A stretch of DNA of 61,875 nucleotides, counting the filler, from Basidiobolus ranarum (lineage: Eukaryota): the NCBI GenBank assembly GCA_040143965.1. It is 19 parts of 19 records of this genome, joined end to end, with 100 filler letters (N's around TTAATTAATTAA, not from the genome) between each part and the next. Parts side by side here need not be neighbours in the genome. Positions count along the whole stretch, not along the records: positions 1 to 3,175 come from JASJQH010002676.1; positions 3,276 to 6,447 come from JASJQH010002677.1; positions 6,548 to 9,719 come from JASJQH010002678.1; positions 9,820 to 12,990 come from JASJQH010002679.1; 15 more parts are not named here. The stretch is one strand, 5' to 3'. The notes below the pieces were generated by a model, which saw nothing but the letters and a program-made list of their open reading frames with translations, was not told the origin of the DNA and made no database searches. Position numbers and translations under genes: made by a program. Below, one piece after another: positions 1 to 10,897 of the stretch. The stretch's first letter is position 1. The number at the start of each line of letters is the position of its first letter.

Positions 1-109
1 ATAAGACGTTTGTTTGTTTAGTATTTAAAAAACTCTGGCAGATCGAAAGACTGGCGCCCGAGAGCACCCGACATTTCACTCCCTACCAAAGCATACGTTA
101 ACAGTGCAC

Positions 110-880
110 AGGTATCAAAGAAGCTACAGTGGAATGTTTGAAATACTCGACAAAAGTGTTCTTTTTATTCAAACAATCCACACCTAGATCGGAAATTTCT
201 AAACGTCATTTATATATCTCATTTCGTAAACTCTCGTATATCCGAATGAGGAACCAAGGTTCGTGTTTTGAGAGTAGATGTGAAAATAAAATTATGTATC
301 ACCACTTTGTTTAGCTTCTAAATTTACTAGTAAGGTACCTACTCCTGGGTTATCAGCTTAGATGTAGTCTATAACATTACGCAAATATTCTTGACAGAGA
401 TTTCGGTGAAGATAGCAACTTTCAGTTTCTTTAGATGTATATACAAGTAACAAGGACACCAAAATAATCACACTTGCTTCTTCCGTGCAAACTGAGGAAC
501 ATATAAGTGCAAATTTACTTCCTCACAAAATGACACTGTTCCCTACTGGCGTCCAACCAATCTTGGGGTCAAATCAATGTAAATCTTGGAAAATGCCGTA
601 GTAGTCTGGAATTAACAAATAATTTGCACCTATTATATCTCAATAACTACTGGAAAATATTTTTATTACCCAAATGATATTCAGTGTTCTGAACTGAACC
701 CTGGGTAGAGTGAACTCACGGTTAAAGACTTGAATCTTTACGGGGCAGAAAGTACCCCTTCAAACTTTATTTACACAACTGTAGATTAGTTGGATGAACC
801 ATATTCCTGAGATGGCATGGGTTCCATCTGAGTGTTTGGCATCATTTGACCGAACTGTCCGTGGTTGATCATTGGATTGA
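110..880. repeat. Segmental tandem duplication unit, second copy at about 2391-3175 (period about 2.29 kb)
   Basis: Colinear matches such as ggtatc(a/g)aagaagctacag, ctcgacaaaagtgttctttttatt, aaatcaatgtaaatcttggaaaatgcc and ggggcagaaag in both copies. Confidence 0.9.
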
Positions 881-1247
881 TACGATGCTCCCCACCACGC
901 TGCTTGCTATACACTGATGCCGTTTGCTCTCCTTCAATCTCAGCACTGGGCCCATCTTGATATTTGACTTTGGCTGATTTCCTTTTACTAGCTTGAGCAG
1001 TGTTGAGGTGGTCATGCTTGCGTGTAATGGTGATAAACTTCTGTCTCAGTAGTGGAACACGGGCAACTGCAGTCGCTCTTGGTTGCATCATCTGGTAACA
1101 CATATATCCTTGTTGCATGCATGGGACGGCAACGTATCGAGAATACATTCGTGGGCTATTGTTATAGGGATAGTAACCAACTGGGACACTGGACACAACT
1201 AGGAACAAAGCACTGCAGGAAACAAGGAGAGTGGAGAATATTTTCAT
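786..1247 (-). CDS. Small secreted orphan protein, paralogue A (153 aa)
   Basis: Intronless ORF with hydrophobic signal-like N-terminus (MKIFSTLLVSCSALFLVVSS); TATA-like motif about 70 bp upstream; strong paralogy with 1915-2376. Confidence 0.85.
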   Translation of the reverse strand: MKIFSTLLVSCSALFLVVSSVPVGYYPYNNSPRMYSRYVAVPCMQQGYMCYQMMQPRATAVARVPLLRQKFITITRKHDHLNTAQASKRKSAKVKYQDGPSAEIEGEQTASVYSKQRGGEHRINPMINHGQFGQMMPNTQMEPMPSQEYGSSN

Positions 1248-1914
1248 GGCTGAGTAGATATTGATACTGAGAGAGCTAAGACTGGTAATTCAGAATTTCT
1301 GGAGGAAGTGTTCTTTATATTCCAATATTTGGCACTTTGCTCAGGAATTTCCAAACTCTAATATACAGATGATAACATAAGCTTACGAACACTAAAATGA
1401 GGAACCAAATTTCTTATTTGATTAAACCAATCTAGTTACAATGATCAGTTACTATTACTCAGTCAAACTTCACATTCGAGATATGTACTACGTCAATCTG
1501 AAATCAATGCTACGTTAAAGTAACAACAACGTAGCACTCATGCGGTTACATATAGCATGATTGCCGTGAAGTCAGTAGCTCTTAGCAGACTTTGCATGCT
1601 ACCTACTGGAAATGTGTTGAAATATCTAATATGTTATATATTATATACAAAAGCCACCTCAGTTACATTTAATCTTTGATTCATCTTTCTTCGTTGTGGG
1701 CATTTAACACTCGTATGAAACTCAAAGAGATCATGTTAGTACTAGTAGAAGTATCGAGTTTTAAGTTTGCAATTATCATAGCAACGGTTTGAAACTGTTT
1801 ATCTCCTAAGGAGAACATTTATTGATTTACAGTGGAAATTATTCTGCGGCGGTGCTTGAATGAAGCATACTGCTAAGATTAAATGGATTCCGGCTTTATT
1901 TACACCACTGTAGG

Positions 1915-2376
1915 TTAGTTCGATGAATCATATTCCTGAGATTGTATGGGTTCCATTTGAGTGGTTGGCATCATTTGACCCAACTGCTCCTGGTTGATCA
2001 TTGGATTGATACGATGCTCCCCACCCCGCTGCTTGCTATACACTGATGCCATCTGCTCTCCTTCAATCTCAGCACTAGGTCCATCTTGATATTTAACTTT
2101 AGCCGATTTTCTTTTGCTAGCTTGAGCAGTATTGAGGTTGTCATGCTTGCGTGTAGTGGTGATGAACTTCTGTCTCAGAAGCGGAACACGAGCAACTGGA
2201 GTCGCCTTTGGTAGCATCCTTTGGTAACATATATATCCTTGTTGCATACATGGGACAGGAATATATCGTGAATACATCTGTGGATTAGTATTGTAAGGAT
2301 AATAGCTGACCGGAATAGCCGAGGCAGCCTGATATAGAGCACTGAAGGAAACAAAAATAGCGATAAACAATTGCAT
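1915..2376 (-). CDS. Small secreted orphan protein, paralogue B (153 aa)
   Basis: Same length as and colinear with 786-1247; signal-like N-terminus; many differences between the copies are synonymous. Confidence 0.85.
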   Translation of the reverse strand: MQLFIAIFVSFSALYQAASAIPVSYYPYNTNPQMYSRYIPVPCMQQGYICYQRMLPKATPVARVPLLRQKFITTTRKHDNLNTAQASKRKSAKVKYQDGPSAEIEGEQMASVYSKQRGGEHRINPMINQEQLGQMMPTTQMEPIQSQEYDSSN

Positions 2377-3080
2377 GGTGGAGTATTTGTTGGTATCGAA
2401 GAAGCTACAGGTAAATATTTGAAATTCTCGACAAAAGTGTTCTTTTTATTTAGATAATCCACACCTTGATCGGGAATTGCAACACTTCATCGTATATACC
2501 TCATTTCGTAAACTTCGTGTATCTAAATGAGAAACCAAGGTTCATGTTTTAAGAGTTAATGTGAAAATGATGACAATGTACCACCACTTCGTTTAGCTTC
2601 CAAACGTACTAGCAAGGTGCCTATGCCTGAGATATCTCCTTATATGTAACTGGCTGCAACATTACGTAAAGCTGCTTGAAAAGGATTTCAATGAAATCTG
2701 TAGCTCTCAGCATCTTTGAATGTTTGTGCAAACATCAAAGATACTGAAGCAAACTTATATGATTCTCAGTTTACTCGGAAGAAGCATGTGAGGAACATAT
2801 AAGGGCAACTTCATTTTCTTACGATATGGCACCTTTCCCTGCTGAAGTCCAACTAATGCTGGGGGCAAATCAATGTAAATCTTGGAAAATGCCATAGCAG
2901 TTAGGAACTAATAAATAACTTGCACCTATTGTATCTCAATAACTACTGAAAAATATATTTATTGCTTAAACTATATTTAGTGTTCGGATCTGAATCCTAT
3001 TTAGAGTTAACTCACGATTAAAGCCTCAGATTCTCAGGGGCAGAAAGCACCCCTTCAAGCTTTACTTACACAACTGTAGA

Positions 3081-3175
3081 TTAGTTGGATGAACCATATT
3101 CCTGAGATTGCATGGGCTCCATCTGAGTGTTTGGCATCATTTGACCGAGCTGTTCCTGGGCGATCATTGGGTTGA
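3081..3175 (-). CDS. Third copy (3' end only) of the secreted orphan protein
   Basis: Matches 786-880 including the stop codon and downstream flank; cut by the contig end. Confidence 0.8.
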
Positions 3176-3275
3176 NNNNNNNNNNNNNNNNNNNNNNNNN
3201 NNNNNNNNNNNNNNNNNNNTTAATTAATTAANNNNNNNNNNNNNNNNNNNNNNNNNNNNNNNNNNNNNNNNNNNN
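3176..3275. other. Artificial contig spacer (first of 18)
   Basis: 100-bp N block with central TTAATTAATTAA (stops in all six frames) recurring every ~3.27 kb; contig lengths fall from 3175 to 3149. Confidence 0.99.
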
Positions 3276-3276
3276 A

Positions 3277-3516
3277 GTACCTAAGATTATTTCTGATACA
3301 ATAGATACATATCTTGTTGCTCACAATTATCCGGTGGTGTTTAAACGCAAATACTTCAAGATCCAACCCGGTACTAATATGGAAGTGCGTGAAATCTATG
3401 GCCAATTTAAAGCCTGGTTCAAAGATGTGCATCCTACTCACATAACAACAAAAGATGTCAACGTGACTCATATTGCTTTATTTTCTCATGGAATGCCCTT
3501 TACAGAAGAAGCGTGA
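3277..3516 (+). pseudogene. C-terminal fragment resembling a viral D5-like primase-helicase
   Basis: Frame is open from the contig start: VPKIISDTIDTYLVAHNYPVVFKRKYFKIQPGTNMEVREIYGQFKAWFKD, resembling the D5 C-terminal pattern (P..V...T..Y....D....F...ELY..FK.W). Recognised by eye only. Confidence 0.5.
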
Positions 3517-3805
3517 CACCATCTATCACTGAAGTAACAGTAATACTAACTGGGAGTTGGCTCTTTAATACATAAGAAAATGATAGAGAATAGATTGGAG
3601 TCAACAATATCTATCTGGAATTGTAAAAACGGTCTGCTTTGTTATATTACCACATCAACATTACACTCACCATGTGATTATAGTGACTCTTTTCAACTAA
3701 ACTTAGAACTCTGCAAATTTACTGTATAAAATAGAGGGATTATTTACAATCATCGAGGTTTATAAATTTATTACCTCGGCAATTGAGGGAGATTGGGCAC
3801 AAAAG

Positions 3806-3878
3806 CGAGGCGCATGGGACTCGAACCCACAATCCCCAGATCCGAAGTCTGATGCCTTATCCATTAGGCCAACGCCCC
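3806..3878 (-). tRNA. tRNA-Arg (anticodon TCG)
   Basis: 73-nt cloverleaf: acceptor GGGGCGT/GCGCCTC, D arm GGCCTAATGGATAAGGC, anticodon arm TCAGA-CTTCGGA-TCTGG, T loop GGTTCGAGTCC, discriminator G, followed by a TTTT Pol III terminator. Confidence 0.97.
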
Positions 3879-4460
3879 TTACATGAAAATGTTACAAAGT
3901 AAATGGAAAGCATAATCTTTGCATATAACCAAGACTCAATTGCTGTCCACTAAGATAACTAGGAAATTAGGAATTAGTAACAACAAGTTAGAATGCATAT
4001 ACTCACAATCACATATAAATACCTGACATTGCATACAATAAAGGATATCACGGAAGAAAGCTACGAGATAAATATTCTTATACTACTACCACGAATCTAC
4101 GCGATAACTCTCCAAGTTATCTATCTGCTTACACCTTAAGGAACAATACTCTTTAACCGTGTAACAAAAACATCTCTTGTATCAATACTACACCATTACT
4201 ACTTTTATATATATATAGCGCCTTAATTGTATAGAAGATTTTCCTGCTATTTACTTTTTTGAACCTTGCCTATCATTCTTACTCAAACTCCCAGGCTGTT
4301 GCACATGTCCGATGTAACAACCCCGAAAGAAGCTACGGGGAGTCTAAAAACCCCCAATTTAGATATCAAAGCATTTTTGATGACGCATACAACGTAAACA
4401 TATATTAAGCTGCTTAATTTGCCTTCATTCACTTGAACTGTTCGCTATTCACGCAACAAT

Positions 4461-5026
4461 ATGGCTCAAAAACTCACTGACGACTGTATCTTTTGTAAGA
4501 TTATCCGTGGCGAAATTCCTTCTTGCAAGGTTGCCGAAACCGAACTAAGCTATGCTTTTATGGATATTCAACCTTTATCTGAAGGACATACATTGATTAT
4601 TCCTAAATGTATGTTATTCTTGGCGAAAGTTTCGTTACTACACTTGGAATCAAGTTATATGCATATTTACTGGTATTGGTTTTTTTACTTTTCCTATAGA
4701 CCATTCCAAGTTTGTTCACGAAGTCCCAGAAGAACATTTGGCTGATATTCTCCCTTTGGCCAAGAAGATTGCTTTAGCTATTGGCGCTGAGAACTATAAT
4801 ATTTTACAAGTAAGTCAAATTATTTCTTATTTATATAGTTTCGTTTATTAATACAAGGCTGTAATAGAATAATGGTTCTCTTGCACATCAAGTTGTACCA
4901 CACGTACACTTCCATGTCATTCCTAAGCCAAATGCAACTGAAGGTTTAGGTGTTGGCTGGCCTGCAAAGACACCTTCCATTGATGAAGTTAAGAAATCCG
5001 CTGATGCTATCACTCAGAAGTTGTAA
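4461..5026 (+). CDS. HNT1: HIT-family hydrolase Hnt1/HINT (exons 4461-4608, 4700-4809, 4868-5026)
   Basis: N-terminal DCIFCKII.GEIP; spliced product has LQNNG..AHQVVPHVHFHVIP (histidine triad); two GT-AG introns. Confidence 0.95.
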
Positions 5027-5227
5027 GCTTGTTAACTTGCTCTTTCAATTAAGTTTATGGAATAAAGGTTTTGATTATACATATATGCACTCATTTTGAA
5101 GTAGATAATTCATTGCACATGGTTATTATTTATTTTTATTCGTACATAAAGATACTATACATTGATAGGTGCGTAAAAAGACATTAATTTTCACTTCAGA
5201 TATACATATTACTTTTTCGCAAGTATA

Positions 5228-5626
5228 TTATAGTTCTTGAGATTCACCTTCCTTCTTGGATTTCTTTGGAAGTAATGAGCCATGAATATTGGGTAAAACA
5301 CCACCTTGTGCGATAGTTACATTCGATAACAACTTGTTGAGTTCTTCGTCATTTCTAATTGCAAGCTGTAAATGGCGAGGGATAATTCTTGTTTTCTTGT
5401 TGTCTCTAGCGGCATTACCTGCCAATTCAAGAATTTCAGCAGCAAGATATTCCAATACTGCAGCCAAATAGACAGGAGCACCAGCGGCAATACGTTGGGA
5501 ATAGTTACCCTTACGTAAGTGACGATGGATACGACCAACGGGGAACTGAAGACCGGCTTTAGAGGAACGAGACTTGGAGCCGCCGCTGACTGCTTTACCA
5601 CTTTTACCACCAGCTTTTCCAGACAT
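5228..5626 (-). CDS. HTA1: Histone H2A
   Basis: [17 protein letters not shown]...[33 protein letters not shown]-terminal SQEL phosphorylation motif; CCAAT boxes upstream (about 5759 and 5855-5865). Confidence 0.99.
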   Translation of the reverse strand: MSGKAGGKSGKAVSGGSKSRSSKAGLQFPVGRIHRHLRKGNYSQRIAAGAPVYLAAVLEYLAAEILELAGNAARDNKKTRIIPRHLQLAIRNDEELNKLLSNVTIAQGGVLPNIHGSLLPKKSKKEGESQEL

Positions 5627-6293
5627 ATTTAATTAATGGAGCAAGAGAATAGGACTAAAGATGAAGTGATGGAAACGATTATCAATTCTTAGGGCTGGCC
5701 ATCATCTCTTATACTGAATTCAATGCTAATCCCTGACTCTCATAATCCAAATCATCAGCCAATAAATTGAGCCTGTACCACATCACCAACTATATTTCGA
5801 TTTTGTGAAGTTAACAATCGAACTTCATCCTAACTACTGCTTCCATGAGATTTGATTGGACCAATACAGTTTCTATAGCTTGATAACAAAATCCATTATA
5901 ATTACAATAAAGTAAAATGCTATGTTAGGTATTTCTAGGCTATAATTTTACGCATGTCGTGACTTCTTGTCATTCATGTTTTGTTATATAGCCGACACTG
6001 ACATAAAGTAATTGGGTATTTTCATTACGATGTCTATATCGCTCTGACAGTTGCAAACTATCTAAGGTGAGAATAGTTAAATTCATGTTTGGTATTGGAC
6101 TGTTATAAAAAACCACAGATCTGGTAGAAGCAATTATTTAGGATTTTCGTTCAACCCCAGCCATATAATGACATAGTATGTGAAGTATCAATGTAAATTG
6201 AGCGTGACTATAACTGTTTATTGGGTACAAATATGGATACGTACAGTATTATTCTGAAGCTATTACTTTATATTACAAATGTTTTACATGAAC

Positions 6294-6447
6294 CTAAAGC
6301 TCTTGAGACTCTCCCTCCTTCTTGGATTTCTTAGGTAGTAATGAGCCATGAATATTGGGTAAAACACCACCTTGTGCGATAGTTACATTCGATAACAACT
6401 TGTTGAGTTCTTCGTCATTTCTAATTGCAAGCTGTAAATGGCGAGGG
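6294..6447 (-). CDS. Second histone H2A copy (3' part, truncated by contig end)
   Basis: Nearly identical to 5228-5381, encodes the same ...[11 protein letters not shown]; differences are synonymous and the stop codon differs. Confidence 0.93.
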
Positions 6448-6853
6448 NNNNNNNNNNNNNNNNNNNNNNNNNNNNNNNNNNNNNNNNNNNNTTAATTAAT
6501 TAANNNNNNNNNNNNNNNNNNNNNNNNNNNNNNNNNNNNNNNNNNNNAACGGGAAGTTAAAAGAGAAAGAAATCCTCGTACCCATCGAAAAAAGTCTTAT
6601 ACACACTCTGGCCCAAGCAAAAAATTGGAATATCTGATTACCCCGAGTAGTGATCGTTTTCACCAATCTGTGAAAAATCCATTTGCTAGCTATGATTTAG
6701 GGTTAGGTTTTGCAATGTTAATCTGATTATCATAACCCTAATTGCATGTGTTGCTTCATAATAACAACATTACAGTTAACTAATGGTTGCAATGGCTGAA
6801 CATCAATGCACAGACTTTATTAACTGATGATTATTTCAAGCATGAGATGGTGC

Positions 6854-9719
6854 TCATTCTTGATGATTTTGAGTGTCAGGTTCATCAAGATCTTCCTGTG
6901 GTATGTCGACTTCCGAGTTGTCTTCTTCGTCCAAGTTGGCTGGCGGTCCCTGTTCATTGCCTTCCTGGTTTTGCTGCTGATGCAATAGACGGTCAATTAC
7001 GCTCCACAAAGATCCGATCAAATCACTGTATTTAAAATATATGAGATATTTGGGATATCGCAAGTTAGTTTAACTATGGATTACCTGCTACCGTCTTGGG
7101 CACGTAGTTGATTCAACTCTTGCTCAAACTCTTCATCATCCGTAGTATGAACTTCCTCAGGATTATTCTCTGCTCCACGAGACCAGCCAAACCTACCCAA
7201 AAGGTTCTCCAGTATCCCACCGTTAGACTCCCAGTCACCATCATAGCTCGAGGATGATCCTCCATAGCTTGGATGTTTATTGTATAGATTCTCTCCGTCC
7301 CGAGGGGGTAACGGATCGTGTGCATACATGACGGCAGATTTGACTTCTTTCGGTAGATCAGCCATTAGATTTTGGAAGTCTGACGAATACTGTTAGTGAG
7401 AGTTTTCTGGCTTGGGTTAACATGAATACTAGTTACCGGAGATTATTACATGTCTGGATATATTTTCAATATTCTTGGCTTCTGTGAGCTGGACGCGGAT
7501 TCGACTGCCTTCCAGTAAATCTTGGCTGGATGTGCTATTCGATTGGGAAAGTGCAAGGGGAATAGCTTCCTTGACCCAAGTAATGACCTGAAAATATTTT
7601 GAGTATTGCGTTCCTCAAGATGGCAATGCAACAACTAGAACGTACCTCAGGCTCTTTCCATAGAGAGAAATTTCGCTCCGCAAACAAATCAATCAATATC
7701 TTAAGAGGAGTTCCAGAAGATTGACTAGAGATGGATAGAAATATGAATGGGTGATTAACAACAACCACGAGAGAATTGTGGGATTGTTTACCTAACAAAC
7801 TTGCAATCTTCTCTGAAGAATGGATTATTGGTAATCTCAGAGTCAAGATGCGTTCCACATTTCTCAAACAATATTACCAGCGCTGCTGGGAATCGTAGAA
7901 TAGCCTTAGAAAGCAGGGCTAAACTCTCCTGGTGTCCTTTTTCGTTAGATTTGGATTCCAGCTTGTATTTGGCCATCGCGCAAGAATAGAGGAAACTTGG
8001 ATATTTGGAGAGATCAGAATCCCACTCATTGTAAAACTGGAGAAGATATTCATATTCCTGACTCTTCAGAGCGTAAAAATCGAGTGATAGAAGAGCACCC
8101 AATGGGTCATCATCGGGACTCAGACTCAAGAGGAGCTTGTCGAATTCAAATGCGGTTCTCCAGCATCCTCTTCTAGCAAGGAATTGCAAATGACGGCATA
8201 TGGCCAAGAAAAAAGATCTATTTTCTCCGAGGTTGTAATCTAATCGACATGCCCCTGTGGTCAGATTGAATTGACTGTGAAAGCTTCTCTCGAAACCGTA
8301 CAACGCACGCTCTATAATGAGGATTAATAGGCAAGTCAGAAAGTGAATAGAGCTTTTAGCAATTTCCGAGGAAAAACTGACCAATTAGTTCTGCAGCCAT
8401 TGCGATGTCTCCGCTGTGTTTGGCGATCTCCGAAAGTTGAATGAGTGTATCCGCGTGGTACGGATACATTTGGCTTAGTCGAGCAATGTTATTCGGGTCA
8501 TGGCTGATCACACAGTCCAAGAATTTGTATTGAATCGTTTGATAGAGCAGATTGTGGGTAAACTTGAAATGGAGCGTGTCTAGAGAGACGATGTTAATGG
8601 GGGTAAGAATCGAAATTGGTTACATATGCATTACTTTGGTTGTTCTCTAGCAACTCCATGGAAAGCCCCAGTTTATCAAGTCGAGGCCATGTATCAGTAG
8701 GTACGGCCAGTATTGTCTTTTTGAAATTACTAGAGCTGAGCCATTAGTATTAACCAAGAGGTTTGAAATTCTTGTGCTCCGTAACTTACCGAGTTTGTCT
8801 TCTCTTTTTGAGTTCTTCATTGACCTACGGTAAAGGAATGTGTAAACTCAGTTGCTGGAAATTAAGATCAAGAGATTCAAGAAATGATATACAATTTTAG
8901 AGCCAAATATACGTTTCATTTCCCCATCAGCATCTAACGCCCGAGGATCCACGGTGAGCAGGGTCTTCTGTGCCCGACTTTGTATTTTTTGAGTACTTGT
9001 ACTGGCATTAGGATCCACTTGTATAGGTGTGGTTTCATTTAACCTAAAGTCATAGAAATTGAATAACTTGATATTAAACCGGGAAATTGTAGTAAAGAGC
9101 CCTTACTGATTACTAATCTCATTCAAGGCTTGCTCAAACTCTTCTAAGCTTAATTCTGAAGGCTGTAGTTTTCCTTTCTTCTTCTTTTTCTTATTGGGTT
9201 TTTTGGATTCTGTAACAGGAAGGGTAGCTTCTTTGGACTTGTTCTTTTTCTTGTTTTTCTTTTTTGAACCGTTGGGATTGGGTGAAGGAGCCTTAATTTG
9301 TGAGAGAAAAAACTGACTTTCAATATTAAAGGATACAAGGCTAGGAATGATAACACAAAGATAGAACCGAGTGTTTCGACAAAATGAATTTCGAGTGGGA
9401 AATACCTTGTTCTCTTTCTCTATTTCAACTTTAACTTTTTCTTCCTCATCCTCCATCTCATCTTCTTCTTCACTATCAATAATATCATCTCCACCCAGCT
9501 ATAAGTACACCGAAAATAAGGTAGAAAAATATCAAGGATTCGAGAGTATCATTTAGTAAATTGAATACACTAAGATTCTTTCTTAAAAACCCACCATAGC
9601 AAATGCATTCATCACTGGTTTGGTAGTAGTTTGTTCTTCCTCTTCACTAGATATCTCTGCGACCTCCAAGGTAGCATTCAATTCTTTCTCTCTCATCAAT
9701 TTTTTGTAAGCACGAGAAG
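6854..9719 (-). CDS. RQC1: Ribosome quality control subunit Rqc1/TCF25 (multi-exon, first codons cut off)
   Basis: ERALYGFERSF...RLDY...ENRSFFLA...RRGCWRTAFEF.KLLLSL.P.DDP motif in 7788-8384; N-terminal SRAYKKL at the contig end; acidic and Lys-rich low-complexity exons; several GT-AG introns. Confidence 0.92.
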
Positions 9720-9819
9720 NNNNNNNNNNNNNNNNNNNNNNNNNNNNNNNNNNNNNNNNNNNNTTAATTAATTAANNNNNNNNNNNNNNNNNNNNNNNNN
9801 NNNNNNNNNNNNNNNNNNN

Positions 9820-10735
9820 GAACAAATTGGGTTTGGAATTAAATTCCGAATTAAGATCTAATTCGAGTTTGAAATTAATATTTTGCGAAATTATTTGGAA
9901 AAGTTTTAAATTCGACCTGGGATAAAGTTTTAATTCAAGTTCTGAATTAGGTTCTAAATAATATTTTGCGAAATTATTCTTAAAAGTTTTAAATTCGACC
10001 TGGGATAAAGTTTTAATTCAAGTTTTGAATTAGGTTCTAAATAAGACTTTTGGCAAAGATAAATTTAAAAAGTTTTAGAAAAGTTTTTGACGAAGGAACA
10101 AATTGGGTTTGGAATTAAATTCCGAATTAAGATCTAATTCGAGTTTGAAATTAATATTTTGCGAAATTATTTGGAAAAGTTTTAAATTCGACCTGGGATA
10201 AAGTTTGAAATTAAGTTCCGAATTAAGATCTAGTTCAAGTTCTAAATTAAACTTTTGGCGAAATAATTTGGAAAAGTTTTAAATTCGACCTGGGATAAAG
10301 TTTTAATTCAAGTTCTGAATTAGGTTCTAAATAATATTTTGCGAAATTATTCTTAAAAGTTTTAAATTCCACCTGGGATAAGGTTTTAAATTAAGTTCCA
10401 AATTAAGATTTTATTCAAGTTCTGAATAATATTTTGCAAAGATAATTTGGAAAAGTTTTAAATTCGACCTGAGAGAAGTTTTTAATTCAAGTTCTGAATT
10501 AGGTTTGAACTTAAACTTTGTACGAAATAATTTTAAAAAGTTTTAAAAAGTTTTAAAAAAGTTTCTAACGAAGGAACAAATTGGGTTTGGAATTAAATTC
10601 CGAATTAAGATCTAATTCGAGTTCTAAATTAATATTTTGCGAAATTATTTGGAAAAGTTTTAAATTTGACCTGGGATAAAGTTTTAATTCAAGTTCTGAA
10701 TTAGGTTTTAAATTAAACTTGTTGCGAAAATAATT
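9820..10735. repeat. AT-rich higher-order tandem repeat array (12-nt subunits, 83-96-nt units, larger blocks)
   Basis: aaattcgacctgggataaagtt or close variants occur 7 times; gaacaaattgggtttggaattaaattccgaattaagatctaattcgagtt at 9820, 10096 and 10574. Confidence 0.97.
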
Positions 10736-10897
10736 TTTTTAATTCGTACCCAGAAGGCTTCTTAACAAACTTGTCGAAATGTTGACGTATAATATATCCC
10801 ATATTTACCACACAAAAAGTTAAAATTAATTGTGTAAATAAAAGTGTTTCGTCTCGGATCCCTGTTTCATATCTAGAACCTCTATTTCTTTTACAAC

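Noticed and set aside
52-70. TGGCGCCCGA resembling a tRNA-Lys primer-binding site
   Set aside because: The match is only about 10 nt and no LTR end (CA) lies directly upstream.
9820-10735. CRISPR-like array
   Set aside because: The sequences between conserved motifs are themselves repeats rather than unique spacers; there are no cas genes and the context is eukaryotic or viral.
9820-10735. Coding 4-aa repeat (NSEL/NFKL/ELDL on the minus strand)
   Set aside because: 83- and 95-nt unit lengths shift the frame and stops are frequent; no long ORF.
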